From positions 248,001 to 312,000 of the forward strand of contig NW_026855305.1 in assembly GCF_026571515.1 (NCBI RefSeq): a stretch of DNA of 64,000 nucleotides, written 5' to 3'. A program made the position numbers and the translations under genes. Below, in pieces: positions 26,503 to 52,900 of the stretch (positions within the stretch are counted from its first letter, which is position 1; the number at the start of each line of letters is the position of its first letter). Below the pieces are notes generated by a model. It had not been told where the DNA came from. It made no database searches and saw nothing but the letters and a program-made list of their open reading frames with translations. This stretch comes from Ruditapes philippinarum (Eukaryota).

Positions 26503-26586
26503 TGTTTAAATGATCATGTTACTTGGTTTAAATAATCAGATTTTAAAGGGTTACAACAAACTTGGGCTTAAATGATCAGATTTTCA

Positions 26587-26954
26587 AGATCCTGTAACAC
26601 AAATTTTTAATGGTTTTATTATATAAATATGATGCTCAAGTTAAGATTTGTCAATATTGTAAGTTCAAATAAGCATTATTTATAAAGATATTACCCAATT
26701 TAACATTTCATGTAAATAAAGGGAGGTAATTAGAACTTTATTTTCTATAAATTCTAAGTAAAATTTTCCAATAAGAAATGAATGCATGTTATTTATCTAT
26801 TAAATATAATGTGCACAAATATTTGCAGTACAAATTTTACATATTCTTTGATATTTAAAAATTGTTTTATTTGCATAATTATATTGATATATAATTTTTT
26901 TGCAAGTGTGGTATACACACAGTGACAATATCAATCACAAAACATACAGGATCT
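26587..26954. mobile_element. Kolobok-type MITE, inverted copy of 36238-36589
   Basis: AGATCCTGTA...TACAGGATCT termini; flanks TTCA/TTTA (decayed TTAA). Confidence 0.8.
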
Positions 26955-28436
26955 TTTATCAAATGGTTAGACCTTGGTTTAAATAGTATAATTTTGAATT
27001 AGATGACCAGATTTTAAAGGTTAGACCTTGGTTTTAAACAATGATCTGATTGTAAATGGTTAGAACTTGGTTTAAATGATAAGATTTTGTATTAATTTAC
27101 TTAGAACTTTGCTGAAATGGTATGATTTGGAATCTTTAGACTTTGGCAAAAATGATCTTGTCTGATTTATAAACAATGCCTTCACTGTTGGGATTATAAT
27201 ATATAAGTGGAAATTTTAAAAGTTCTAAAAAAAGATGTTTGTAGACAAGTGAACTTACCTTGTTGTGTTTAAGAGGGTTGCTTACAGTCAAAATCTGCTT
27301 TTCTTGATCTTCAAAGTAGTTTTGAAACAAGTAATTACTAGACTTTCAGTATATTGTAAATATTGGCAATTGTGTAATTACTCCCAGCTGTTGTTTTTTT
27401 TAATTCAATTTTGGAAAATGTTTTCAATTAAATGATTAAAATTAATTGTTGTCAAGTCTTGTATTTTTTAAATTACCTGCATTGTGTGTTATTTTGCACA
27501 CACACAAAAAAAATTGAAATGAGATACAATTTCCAATAAATTTGATAAATTTTATAAACATAGGCTCTATTTGAATTGGACAAAAATTCAGGTATCTGGT
27601 TAAGGTCAAGGTAAAACTTTAAAGGTCAAATAACAAAATAAAACATTTATTTGCGAGTATAATTTCTATGTACATGGATGGATTTTAATATAATCAACAC
27701 AAATGTTCTCCATGTTGAGTTGAGGTGTCTCACACAAAATGAAGGTCAATTTCACAAGAGGTCAAAGGTCAAATAACTTTATCAAAAACTTTTTGTCCGC
27801 ACTGTATCTTGCTTATGCTTTGAAGTATTACGCTAAGTGGTCAAAGGATTTTTGTCGAACCTGCTTGTGCGGAGCTCAACATAATTGTCAAAATGGCTGT
27901 TCAGTGTTTGAGTGCATCCAAACTTATCAATGCCATAACTTCTTCTTGCATGGAGGAATTTCATATCACACAAATTGACTTTTTTAGGCACAAATGTTCA
28001 TCCTGAGACTTTGTCTCCTACACATGAACCAGGTCACCGGGTCAGAGGTCACCTAAGATGATTCAATGTCAAGATTTTGCCTTGGGGTATAAAGAGGATG
28101 TGTTGCGCATATCTCACCTATGTAAACATATTTTTCCTTGATCTGTAGCTTATAGGTTCAGGTTTGAATTAAGACCAAAGGGCTCGACATTCTTGTTTTG
28201 TCAAAGTTGCCCTTAACAGACAAGCCTTAACTTCACATGCTGTGCTCTTGATACTTGCCATATAATAACCTGCCTTTCACTATTTAACTAGGGCCTCTTC
28301 AATAATTTATTGTCCATTTAAGAGTTGTAATCTTTGTTACCAAAAAAGACTTGTTGATAAATATAAAACAGACAAACAATTCTAAAAAATATAATTTTAC
28401 TTTTGATAACTTTCCATCACCTTATTACCATAAAAT

Positions 28437-28671
28437 GAGCAGTGTCATGACAAAACCAACATAATGGGTTTGCAACCAGCATGGATCCAGACCAGCCTGC
28501 GCATCCGGGCAGTCTGATCAGAATCCATGCTGTTCGCTTACAAACCCTATTACAAGTAGAGAAACTGATAGCAAACAGCATGGATCCTGATCAGACTGCG
28601 CGGATGTGCAGACTGGTCTGGATCCATGCTGGTCGCAATCCCATTATGTTGGTTTTGTCGTGACACGGCTC
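28437..28671. mobile_element. 235-bp palindromic MITE (Sola-like), copy 2
   Basis: Same sequence family; exact 4-bp TSD AAAT on both sides. Confidence 0.88.
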
Positions 28672-29323
28672 AAATGATCATGCCATACTAATACAAAATA
28701 ACATTTCTGCAAGTAAATTTAAAACAAGTCTATATTTAAAGATTCTATGATAAAATATGATAATTATCAAGACAATAATGAAAGAAAAAAAAAATTGCAT
28801 AATCTTCATACTAAACAAGTATATCATCTTCATTATTCTGCACTTTATTGTTGCTAAACTTACAAGGGAAGATATGAGGGAGTTTAGGCAGAATATGTAC
28901 AGATTTATTACTGCAACACTGTATTTGTATGTAATGCAAAACAAAATCAGGAAAAAAAAATCCCTTTAAAAGCCATGTAAAAAAATGCATTGTATAGAAC
29001 TGGTTGCTATTTACAATAGTGCAACTAAATGTGTGAAAATAGAAAGGGTAAAACACACTTTTATTCATTGCCTGGACCCATATTTGGTATATAATAAATT
29101 AACTGGTGAATAGCCTGGGTAACCAAGGATGACTATATGTGCTGTAAAACTGCACACAAATTTTCCAAGTGTTTTTGGTTGTTTAATTAATTGAACACGG
29201 TTTAAAGGAAATTCACCATTCCTTACTATGTTACTTTGACTAGAGCATGTTTGATACTAAAGTTGAACATACCGGTATTTAATCCTACAGATCATGGTAT
29301 TTGTATCAGTGAGTGTAAGATTG

Positions 29324-29621
29324 AACAAGAGCCGTCAGTAGAACAGACAGACTATTCACAGTGCTTGATAGTAAAAACAAGAGCCTGGATAATGTAGAAT
29401 TGTATAAGCTCAAAACGGGCCATAATTTTGTCAAAATCCACATTAGAGTTATGGGCCTTAGACAGTGACTTTCTTTTATGCTCTTAAGTGTATAAAGTGT
29501 CAACCTATTCCTTTCATAAGTTTTGGAAATACAAACTTGATACAAGCACTTAACCTAAGTGTGACACCAACACCTGGGTGATACAATAGCTCTCCCTATT
29601 CTTCATATAGTCAAGCTAAAA
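29324..29621 (-). mobile_element. Degenerate short HINE-type copy (same family as 36715)
   Basis: AACAAGAGCCGTC...GACTATTC...AGTGCTTGATAGTAAAA start and ACAATAGCTCTCCCTATTCTT...TAGTCAAGCTAAAA end, with one core. Confidence 0.7.
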
Positions 29622-30122
29622 CTATTTCACCCAATGTACAATAATTATAATATTGTCATGAGTCAAAGTCACATAAATGTCATATCTAGTGTTCATTAAT
29701 TAAATAAAATTTACTATCTCACTGCCTTTTAAAGAGATTTAATGTAGTTAGGAAGTATTGTGATAATTCACTGTCCAATTATCAAATACATGTATAATCC
29801 ACAGTAACAGTTACAACAACACATGCAATGAATTAGTTTATACGAACCTGGCATGTCATGTCATGTGTGGTTACCATAACAACAAAATCAGAAAAATACT
29901 GATCAATATCTAGTGTCATTTATTATACAGTCTGTATATTGCACAATTCTATATCATTTCTACAACAAAACTTCCACATTTTCTCTAAAAATATACATGT
30001 ACACTCTTAACTATGATTATCTTAAAGTGCATAAACATATATACCCTTCACAAATTAAATACACATGATCAATCAAAATGAAAAATTTATGAATACTCTT
30101 CAGAAAGAAGGTATTTCTTCTA

Positions 30123-30677
30123 TGGCACATTATGCCTCAGAAACATTTTTTTTTCTTCATTCTTTAAAAGGCTTTCTTCAGAAAGGGCAAAAATAACTTA
30201 ACACATATGAAAAAATGGGTTTAAAGCAGCATGCCTCCAGATTAATGCTTATTTTCACTGTAATTAAAAGTATAATATTGTATAGTAACAAAAACGAAAC
30301 AAATTTAACATTATCAAAGGCACTTGCAACCCACGTTATTGACAAAAATAGGTCAAAATATGCGAAAATTGTCCATATTGCATTAGCAACACAGTAGAAT
30401 TTTAGTTACACATAATGAAACATTAACCATTATGGCATTAATCACTCATAACAGGTAAATTTTTACTTGAATCCTTTATCTTTCTTCATTTCCTTTAATC
30501 TTTGTACATTTTTCTCAAGTTTCATTTAATTGAAATATTTTGGCTTATCTGGAGGCATACTGCTTTAAAGCATGTTAAATGTTTCTCTTAACCCATGTTA
30601 AAATGTTATAGAACACATTTTTGCCCTTTTTATAGAAGGAAAAATTATTCATTTCTAAGGCATAATGGGCCTTTAAT
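30123..30677. mobile_element. Long-TIR MITE (Kolobok-like); matching ends also at about 60290-60338, 61490-61507 and 63451-63470
   Basis: GGCACATTATGCCT...TTTAAAGCAGCATGCCTCCAGAT mirrored by ATCTGGAGGCATACTGCTTTAAA...AGGCATAATGGGCCT|TTAA. Confidence 0.7.
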
Positions 30678-31071
30678 AAACAGTAACCTATTTTAAGTGG
30701 CTTAAGTAAATGTTTTGAATCTTTTACACAATGTGAGAATGAGCAGCAGATTTACCAGGATTCAATAACAAGTCTGTGCCAAATAACTTAAATTAAATGT
30801 ATCAAAGAATTTGGATAAAAATAGACAAAAATATCGTTTTAACTACTAAACTTTAATAAAGAATTAACCCATCTCCCAAATATATAATGAATTTGTTTAC
30901 AAAAATAACAGCACCATTTCATAAAACAAGAAAAACAAATTCTATTTAATAGAATTAAGATATTTACCTAACTCATCAATAAATAAGATTGAAACAAAAT
31001 CAAAAAAATTGGATTAATTTGTTTGGGTTTTTTTACTTTTAAACTGTACAAGTACATTGTTTTGTTGATAA

Positions 31072-31318
31072 TTTATATTTACTCACACCAACACTGTAAA
31101 GGTCATATGGTGACTTTCCAGCTTTATTGGTAGAAGGAGACATCAGGTGCCCCCTCTGTGCATTATTTCAGGCAAGGGAGCAGCACCAGAGTAGAACCAC
31201 CGACGTTACGTAAACTAGCTGGATAGCTTCTTCATATGAAAATCCCAAACCCCTGACGGTATATGAACCCACAGCAATGAAGGACATGTGACTTATAGTT
31301 GATGACTTTAAACCACTT
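31072..31318 (-). mobile_element. Degenerate copy of the same SINE with the common tail
   Basis: Body matches 26350-26470; the tail reads AAAGCTGGAAAGTCACCATATGACCTTTACAGTGTTGGTGTG on the minus strand. Confidence 0.8.
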
Positions 31319-32422
31319 GTTTTAGAGTAAAGGATTCATGCATATAAGAATGTGTAAAACAGATTTGGTCCCACCTACTCTACATTCCATTTTGATATAC
31401 CATATAACTCTGTTTTCCAGTTCTATTGTATATTACTGGTACACATATATCTTGAATAAGATTCTTTAAAAAAAAACACAGATTATTATTTTCAAAGAAT
31501 AATATTTTAAGAACGTTTGAAAATTTGTTCTAAGGTGCAGAAACAACCGGGTCGGACGAGCTATAGGTCAACTGTTCTTTAAATATTGAATATTTAAAAA
31601 ATTATTACAAATAGAAGTCACAAGATTTGCCATTTACAATACATATAATTTCTTTTAATTTTACATTTTTGGAATGAGTAATATCGAAGAAATTGACGAT
31701 ACAGATTTTATTGTCAAAACTGCTGAAAAGACAGAGAATTTTGTGAAAGAACAAGTCCATATTGTCCTGAAACGAGTGAAAAGTCTGTCTAAGAACATAG
31801 GGCATCTAGCACAGAGCCTGAATTCAGTCTATTCCGAGTAAAAGTCGGCTTAGAAAGTGAATTCCAGATTGCAGCAAACTTTTAAATGCAATGCACTGCT
31901 GGTGTAAGGACACCTTAAAGAAAATGCTTGCTGACGGACTGGGCGACTATTGAGCCGCAAATTAACAATGATGGCTATGACATTACTCCAAGAACCAGTG
32001 GTCAACAGGATATGTGCGCTAACGATGATGACAATGGGCAGAAATCATACTCTGCAAAGAAGTTAGCTACCCTACCCCCTTTATAAGACAGCTGTCAATT
32101 TCAACCAATGTTAAGAGTGCCAATCAATATTCAGTACAACCTCTGAAAAGTCACACTCTTGAGTGCTAGATTTATTGTGAAGTCTTATTTTGTGAAGAAC
32201 TGAAACTATAATTGTAAAGAGGTTTTAGCTCTACAGACGGCCACTCTGAAAAGGCTGTACTATATTCACAACAGAACTAATTTTAAATTAATACAATTAT
32301 CAGAATATTTCATGCACAGTGGTCCATCATTCAACCATACTTTCACCTAATCAAACATCCAATCAGATTCAGCTCAGCTTGTATCAATTAAATATCAATT
32401 AAGACTATGTAATAAAGCACTA

Positions 32423-45281
<12,859 letters not shown>

Positions 45282-48200
45282 ATTTTCAATAAAGTTAGTG
45301 TAAAAATGCTTAAAACCACTGAAATCTCATCTTTCTGTCTGTTCGCGAAAATGTGTGACAGTTAAGGTGCCGAAAAGTTCGGCGGACGTGTAATGTCGTA
45401 AATATTCGAAACGAAAGACGTCTTTAATCTTTTACTCTGAGATATGCACGTTACAGTGGAAAACATTTTGTTCGTCTTATTTTCAGACTTCAAGTTAAAA
45501 CATTTTCTCATTACTTTGCACGACTTAACGACATTAGGTGTAAGACAACTAAATTTATTTGGCGCGTAATTTAAATAGCAGACTTAATCTATAAAAGTAT
45601 AAGTTTAATAGTTCTAAATGAAATTTTATTTTATGAAAGTAACATTTATTTATTCAAGTATGAAATTAATTTTGAGACCTTTATTAAGTGTGCTTACTAG
45701 CCCTTGTTTTAGCTCGTTATTTAATCTGTGCACTGTATTTAATTTTTTGAAGCTAAATTTGAGTGTTTTATCTTGAACATTTCGCAGTTCTTAGTCCTAG
45801 TTAAGTATTACGTATGTTGTTTATGCTTAGTGATGGTTTGTCCGCCCTTTAAGGCACAAAAAAGCAGCTTCGGACCCCGGGCAGGTGCTGATAATTTACC
45901 TCCATGCAATTTCCAAAGAGTTTATAATTATTAGCCAATTATATGAATTTTGAGCCAAAAACAGTGCACTATGCGGCGGACAATGGCTACCTAAATGAAC
46001 AATAACATGTAACGATATGAAAAGGAGGTAGCCCGGAAAAGGTTGATGCCAAATAAAGGCCTAACTTTCAAACAACCAATCTGTGCTATGACACTTTCCT
46101 CCTTGCTCCTGCCTACTTTGTAGGACCACTCATTTCGTCTTTAGACAGATAATCGGCAGCTGACCCACAGGTACAACTTCTGGTCTTTGTTTATTTCGAC
46201 ATCGGAATTTAAGTTCTTCAAATCTTCTGCCGATGTCCTGTGCCTTCTGAACGACGTGCATGTACCGAGGGGAAGTGTGGAAAGTCATTGTTATGCATTT
46301 CCATTATATAAATAAAAACGGGGTGTGTTATATACCGCGTAAGCACGTCTGAGGAGAATACCATTTGCTACAGAAGGTCGTTCCAATAAGGACGGACCTT
46401 TGATACTGTACGTATAACTTTTTGTCCAGTATTATTATGTACATGAACATTATACATATGCTTTAGATTATGATGTTAGTTCAGTGATCAATCCTCATTA
46501 TGAGGATGTTTTCATAAAGCAGCTAGTCATCAACCTAGATACTAAAGAAAACATTCAACTTGTAAACGCCAAGCGGTATTCTGTCCACCATTACGCAAGT
46601 AAGCTAGGAGATCCTACAATAGGATTAAGTGGAAGATCAGGAAACTTTTAGACGCGAATGTGAATGTGAATGCTGTCAAGAATACACGATGAAGGCTCGT
46701 CCATATAGAATCTGTGCTGCAAGATATGCCACATGAACTTAAATGTTAACAGGTGCCTGCACTTGCTTCTTTTCTACCGCAAGCGCTGAACGGTTAATAG
46801 TATGAGAAGGCTAACGACCTTTTGCACTCAACAATTGCCACTGATCACCTCTATGGCTTAGAAAGTCACTTGTTGAATCTCACAATATGCACGAGCAATT
46901 TATATCTGTAATAACTACACCAAATCAGAAGCTAGAAAGCTGAAACATAAAACCAGACCGAGTGTGTCATGAAATTTCCTTACATGTGAATGAGCTTATT
47001 AAAAATATCAAAATGACCTACAAACCTTCTTACCTCGAGAGAATACGTACGTGCGGCATTATAAATATTCATGACTCAGTAGCCATTTTGTCAAGTTTGC
47101 AATAATTTCGCCCGCTTGAACCAAGTGTGCAACCATTTCACGCCATGCCCCTTAAATTGTTGTACTATTCCTTTTATATGGTTCTTTGATTATTGGATAC
47201 TTTACAAGAATTAATTGAGTGATCTGAATAAAAAATACGCACGTGTACTTGCCAATGAAAATCATACAATGTTTTATTATGGATATACAAATAATTTCTA
47301 GAATTTGTACATTTCTTTCTAGCTATTTAGTGAAGAGCTTTTGAAACTTAATTAAGGGTCCAAAATTTGATTTAGCTGATTAGCCATTCAAATTTATAGA
47401 GTGTTATATTTGATAACACAACATTAACTACTGTGCAATTATTGTTATCTCTTAACTAACGGAAGAAGCATGCCATGTTTGAGATATGGACGGCAAGTAG
47501 TTGGCGTTAAGTACATCCTGAAGCAATTATATTACTATTAATTTTATCTATTATTATCATTATTCATTATTCTTGTGTAGGAGTTGTGGACAACAGGAGC
47601 ATTTCTTGAACAACTTTAAGGTTTGTTTTCACTTTTAAAGTTCATGTGTTAAAAAAAATCTTGTACGTTTGTTAACGCGTTTATAACGAATAAATACATG
47701 TACGTTGTAAATTTGCAGACGTTTTAAGTGAAATGTTAAATAGATTGATTTCCTGATGGTAAACAGTAAGACTAATTTTGCTCCATATTACGAAAAAAGC
47801 TGCCACATTCATTTTGGTGTGGTCGTCGGTATTATCGTCGGTTTTGATTGTGTTAACATTTCTCGTTAACTTCAATACTCAGTCTGACAAAATAATTATA
47901 TTGAAACTTTACACGTGGGAGAACCTTGATAAGTTCTACCTGACAACTGTTACATCCATTTTCAGGTTAGGGTCACTGGGGCCTGTAAGGACAAAACATC
48001 AATCTTGCTATCAAAATGCGGACAGCATTTTTTCTAAATGCTATGAATGTTTTTTTTCCAGAATGAAAGATGAAAAATCCATATGAGATATTAAGCGTGG
48101 TATGTGTTAAATAAGTGGTACCATTCATTCTGGTAATATAGCAAACTGGATAACATAAAATAATATTTACAAGGTATTCGTAAATTACTATAGGTAAAAA

Positions 48201-48575
48201 ATTACATTTATTTTCAAACAATTAACAAACTACAAGTGTGTGTTTTTTTCTATGAACAATTGACTTTTTTGTTAAGTGAAAAAAATATAACAATTTTCAA
48301 AATTAACACAAATTAAAATATCAAATTGGATTATATTTTATATAAAATGACTCATTTCGTTTATTTTGCTTGAATAAAATCTCAGAAAAAAAAACGTTTC
48401 AATATACGTAATTGAGTGAAAAAGAAGACAAGATATATATATGTATGTAGCTGATTCGGAAGACATTTTGTTTTGGTTTATCCGTTTACGAAACAACTTT
48501 ATATAGACATTAATTATATAGCCACAGTACAATGTTTTACTTTTTCATGATTTACAGGATTTGAGCAAAGTGAAA

Positions 48576-49640
48576 ATGGATGCCATTACACCTAACCAGG
48601 CAAGTCTTCCAGACAATTACACTGTACTTGCTAACAATACAGACTATACAACTGACATATATGACTGGTACGACTACAACGGGTCTTACTATTACGACTA
48701 CCAAGAGGGTGACGGTCATACCAGCCCTACAGATATGATTTCTGTCATTTTATGTGTACTTGGTATACTTGCAAACAGCTTCGCTATTATTGCTATAATA
48801 AAGGCGTGTAGAAGACTAACAACACATCTAAAACTAGTAATAAGTTTATGCTGTTCAGATGCACTCATTCTTGTTTCAAATTTTACCAAAATAACAGTCA
48901 ACCTCACAAAACATGGTACCGAATACGACGACAAACAAATTTGTTTCAATTTAGCAATGAGATTAACAATCGATCTAGCACTTCTTGCGACACTTTTCAA
49001 TTTACTTGGAATTGCAATAGACCAATACCTAGCGATTTTAAAACCACTGTTTTACAAGAAAGAGATGACAAGGGTGAGAGGATTGATTGGCATTGCTGCC
49101 ATCTGGGTTATAAGTGTATTAGCAATTGTTCTGGAAATAGTATCTGGCCTTGAAGATAAGAAGGAAACGGAATCGCTTTGCTCTGCAATTGCATTCGATG
49201 ATATGAATGCAGAATTTGCTATTTATGTTTTTATTTTTGTTTGTCTCCTTGTCATTATCTTGATATACGCCAGAGTATACATTTGCGTCATCAGGCGTCG
49301 ATTACCTCATAGGGGACGTCATCAACAAACCGGATCCAGAAGTGTTAAAACTCTCGTCACAACATCACTATTTGTGTTAACATTCGTGCTATTCTGGACT
49401 CCAATCGGCATATTTAACGTTTATACGTATTTTCAAAGTCAGACCGATATCATGAACAATTTTGGTAGTTATGCACAAACTGGAGAAATTTTATATGTTA
49501 TTCTATTACTCAACACTATTTCAGATCCAATTATCTATGCTCTTCGTCTGCAAAAAGTAAGCAGACAATGTTTCTTGATTTCTGCTGAAGTGCGTCGTCT
49601 ATCAACTATAACGGACCGATCATCTGTTAACCCATTTTGA
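48576..49640 (+). CDS. Orphan rhodopsin-like (class A) GPCR, single coding exon, 354 aa
   Basis: Seven hydrophobic segments: TM1 GILAN, TM2 LCCSD, TM3 IDQYLAI (DRY position), TM4 W, TM6 FVLFWTP, TM7 DPIIY. N-glycosylation sequons in the N-terminus. First ATG is 48576, just after a 3' splice site TTTACAG (48551-48557), implying a non-coding upstream exon (tentatively 47581-47620). Confidence 0.9.
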   Translation: MDAITPNQASLPDNYTVLANNTDYTTDIYDWYDYNGSYYYDYQEGDGHTSPTDMISVILCVLGILANSFAIIAIIKACRRLTTHLKLVISLCCSDALILVSNFTKITVNLTKHGTEYDDKQICFNLAMRLTIDLALLATLFNLLGIAIDQYLAILKPLFYKKEMTRVRGLIGIAAIWVISVLAIVLEIVSGLEDKKETESLCSAIAFDDMNAEFAIYVFIFVCLLVIILIYARVYICVIRRRLPHRGRHQQTGSRSVKTLVTTSLFVLTFVLFWTPIGIFNVYTYFQSQTDIMNNFGSYAQTGEILYVILLLNTISDPIIYALRLQKVSRQCFLISAEVRRLSTITDRSSVNPF

Positions 49641-49980
49641 ACGCATACAACTATCCGTTATATTTTATTTCATAATGGAAAGAACTATCCTGTACGTTTA
49701 AGTTACCTTAAAATGACAAGAACTATCCTTTACATTTTATTTTAGAATGGCCAATGAGTTTCCCAGATTTCATTTTGTAATATTAAATAACCAATGAAAA
49801 CTTTTTTCAAAGTCAGTAATTTTTTACAGGAGGTCAAACTGAAAACAGGCCGGAGAAAAGTTTTCTTTAAAGTATATTTATATCTTGTCGTCCAAAACCA
49901 TGGGTATACAATCACGTATACAATACCTGTTACCTTGACAAATAGGTCGCGAATGTCCCTTACACTATAGTTATATCTTG

Positions 49981-52900
49981 TTTTTAGCTCGACTATTCAA
50001 AGCATAGTAGGGTGAGCTATTGTACTTACATCGTCGTCGGCGTTGCCATCATATTTGTTTGGTTAAGTTTTTACGTGCAAGTTGGTATCTCTAAAACTAA
50101 GGAAGGGAAGCCTAACATGTGATTATCCAACATGATGGGCACCGGTCCCACAACTCTGAGTTACCTTTTCATATCAAGGATTGGATGCTGGAATGTTAAT
50201 GGTCTGACAAATAAGCTTACAGATAAGGAATTAATTAGAAGTATTGAAGGTTATGACATTCTCTGCTTACAACAGACAAAATGTGATAAAGAAAAGGGTA
50301 TTTGCATTGATGATTATGTGACTCATGCTGTTTATAGACCAACAGAGAAAAATTATCCTGTGTCTGGAGGAATGTTATTTTTACTTAATCCTGGTATAAT
50401 CGCAGGCATTTCAATATCTGAAAATACATGTAGTGAAATTCAATGGTTGAAACTATGTAAACATTATTTTTCATTGGAAAATGATCTTTATATTTGCTTT
50501 ACTTATATGGCACCAGAACACTCTTCATATGTATTAAGACATAACTTAGACATTTTATCCATTATTGAAAAAGATATAAGCCATTACAGTAATTTAGGAG
50601 ATATTATGCTTTTTGGGGATACAAATGCCAGAACAGGAGTTGAAAATGATTTGTTAGATGCTAAGTGTACACATTTGCCTGCCCTATTTTGAAGGGGAAT
50701 ACTGGGTCATTTCTGAAAAGAAAAAGCCAAGATAGTGTTTGTAATAGTAGAGGTAAGGAATTCATTGATTTATGCATATCTGCAAACTTAGTTATTTTAA
50801 ATGGGCGGACTTTTGGAGATTTAGGTGGAAAGCCCACATGTTTTCAGTATAATGGAAATAGTGTAGTTGATTATTGTGTTGCTAGTGATGAGCTATTTGA
50901 TAAAGTTTTGTATTTTCAAGTAGAGAACCATATTCCATTTTTAAGTGATCATGCTAAATTGAATGTAAAACTGTATGCAAAATTCAAAACTGTTAACATT
51001 GAAAGTACACTTTTAGATATGCCTACATCCTGGAAATGGACAGATACGTCTAGTTTAGATTTTAAAATAGCTCTTTCCTCTATTGAAATTAAACAGAAAA
51101 TTGAGAGTTTTGACAGTGATCCTTTGCACAATGTTGATCAAATGGTAACTAATCTTAATGACATTTTGTATACTGCCTGTAACAAATCAATGAAGAAAAA
51201 GTTAAAAGTTAAGAAAACTAGACCGGTCCAGTCAAAAAAGAAATGGTTTGATAGTGACCTTAGTATGATGCGTAAAGAATTACTACGCAGAAGTTCACTG
51301 TATTCTAGAAACCCGTATGACAATATTTTAAAAGGATCATTCTATAAGTATAGAAAAATTTATAAACGTTGTTGTAAGCAAAAGATGAATACTTTTAAAA
51401 AGGGTATTATTTCTAGATTAGATAGTATGTTAGGTAATAATCCATCTGAATATTGGGAATTAGTTAAGGATCTTAAGGAGGAAGGCCTAGCAAATGATCC
51501 TGCTAATAAGATATCGGCAGACGGGTGGATAAATCATTTTACAAATCTTTTTTGTGTAAAGAAGGAGTTTGAACATATTGACAAGAAATATGCTGATTTA
51601 CTACAAATTGTTGAAAAATGAAAACCTTCAATGAGCTAGACTTTGCAATTTCTGAAAAAGAAATATCCAAAGCCATTTCTTCATTGAAAAACAAAAAATC
51701 TGCTGGTCTTGACTCCATTACTAATGAAATGATTAAAGCTAGCCAAAGTTTTCTTTTGTCAAGTTTTAAAATATTGTTTAATTGTATACTTTCAAGCGGT
51801 GTTTATCCATCTTCATGGAAAGTTGGTTATATCAAAGCAATTCATAAAGGTGGTGATACTAATGACCCCAACTGCTATAGGGGTATATCTGTTATGCCAT
51901 GTCTATCAAAGGTATTTAATTGTATAATGAATAATAGATTACAAAAATTTATAGATAATTGTATTATTAATGAAGCACAGATTGGGTTTCAACCCAATTC
52001 CAGAACATCTGATCACATGTTTGTAGTGAAAACATTGATAGATAAATTTTTCAGCAAGGGAGCTAAATAATATACATGTTTTGTTGATTTTGCAAAGGCA
52101 TTTGATAATGTTATTCACTACCTTCTTTTGTATAAACTATGTAATACTGGTATATCTGGACCTTTTTTCAATGTTGTTAAAAACATGTATTGCTCAAATG
52201 TGATGTGCATAAAAGTTGGTAATAAGTTAACAGAAACATTCTCTCCCCAGATGGGGGTGCGTCAAGGGGACAATCTTAGCCCAAATCTTTTGAAGATGTT
52301 TATTAATGATTTACCAGCCGTATTTGATATTATTGATGACCAAGTGTGTCTAAATGATGTAAAAATTAGTTGTTTGTTGTATGCAGATGATTTGTTATTG
52401 TTGTCAACTACACCAAAAGGTTTACAGAATTGTTTGAATAAGTTATCAACATTTTGTGACAATAATGGTCTTATAGTGAATCTTAAAAAGACAAGTATTT
52501 TGACCTTTTGTAAAAGTGGAAGGCTTTCTAGTGAGAAATTCTACTTTAAAGGAACTGAAGTTAATCATGTTAAAAGTTATAAATATTTCGGAATTATTTT
52601 TGCATCATCTGGTACTTTCAGTTACTGCCAAGATGATCTTTATAAAAGAGCACTGAAAGCAAGTTTTAAGATTAGTAAGGTTTTTGGTCAGCTACACCAA
52701 AATGTTGACACTATCATCCATCTTTTTCATCATACTATTAAACCCATTCTTCTGTATGGTAGTGAGATTTGGGGTATACCAAATATTAGTAGTTCCATTG
52801 TTAAAAAAACAGATTATGTGTTAATGAAATCCTTTGGAAATATGTCCTGTGATAAGATGCATGTGAAATTTTTAAAATATATTCTGGGTGTACACAAAAA

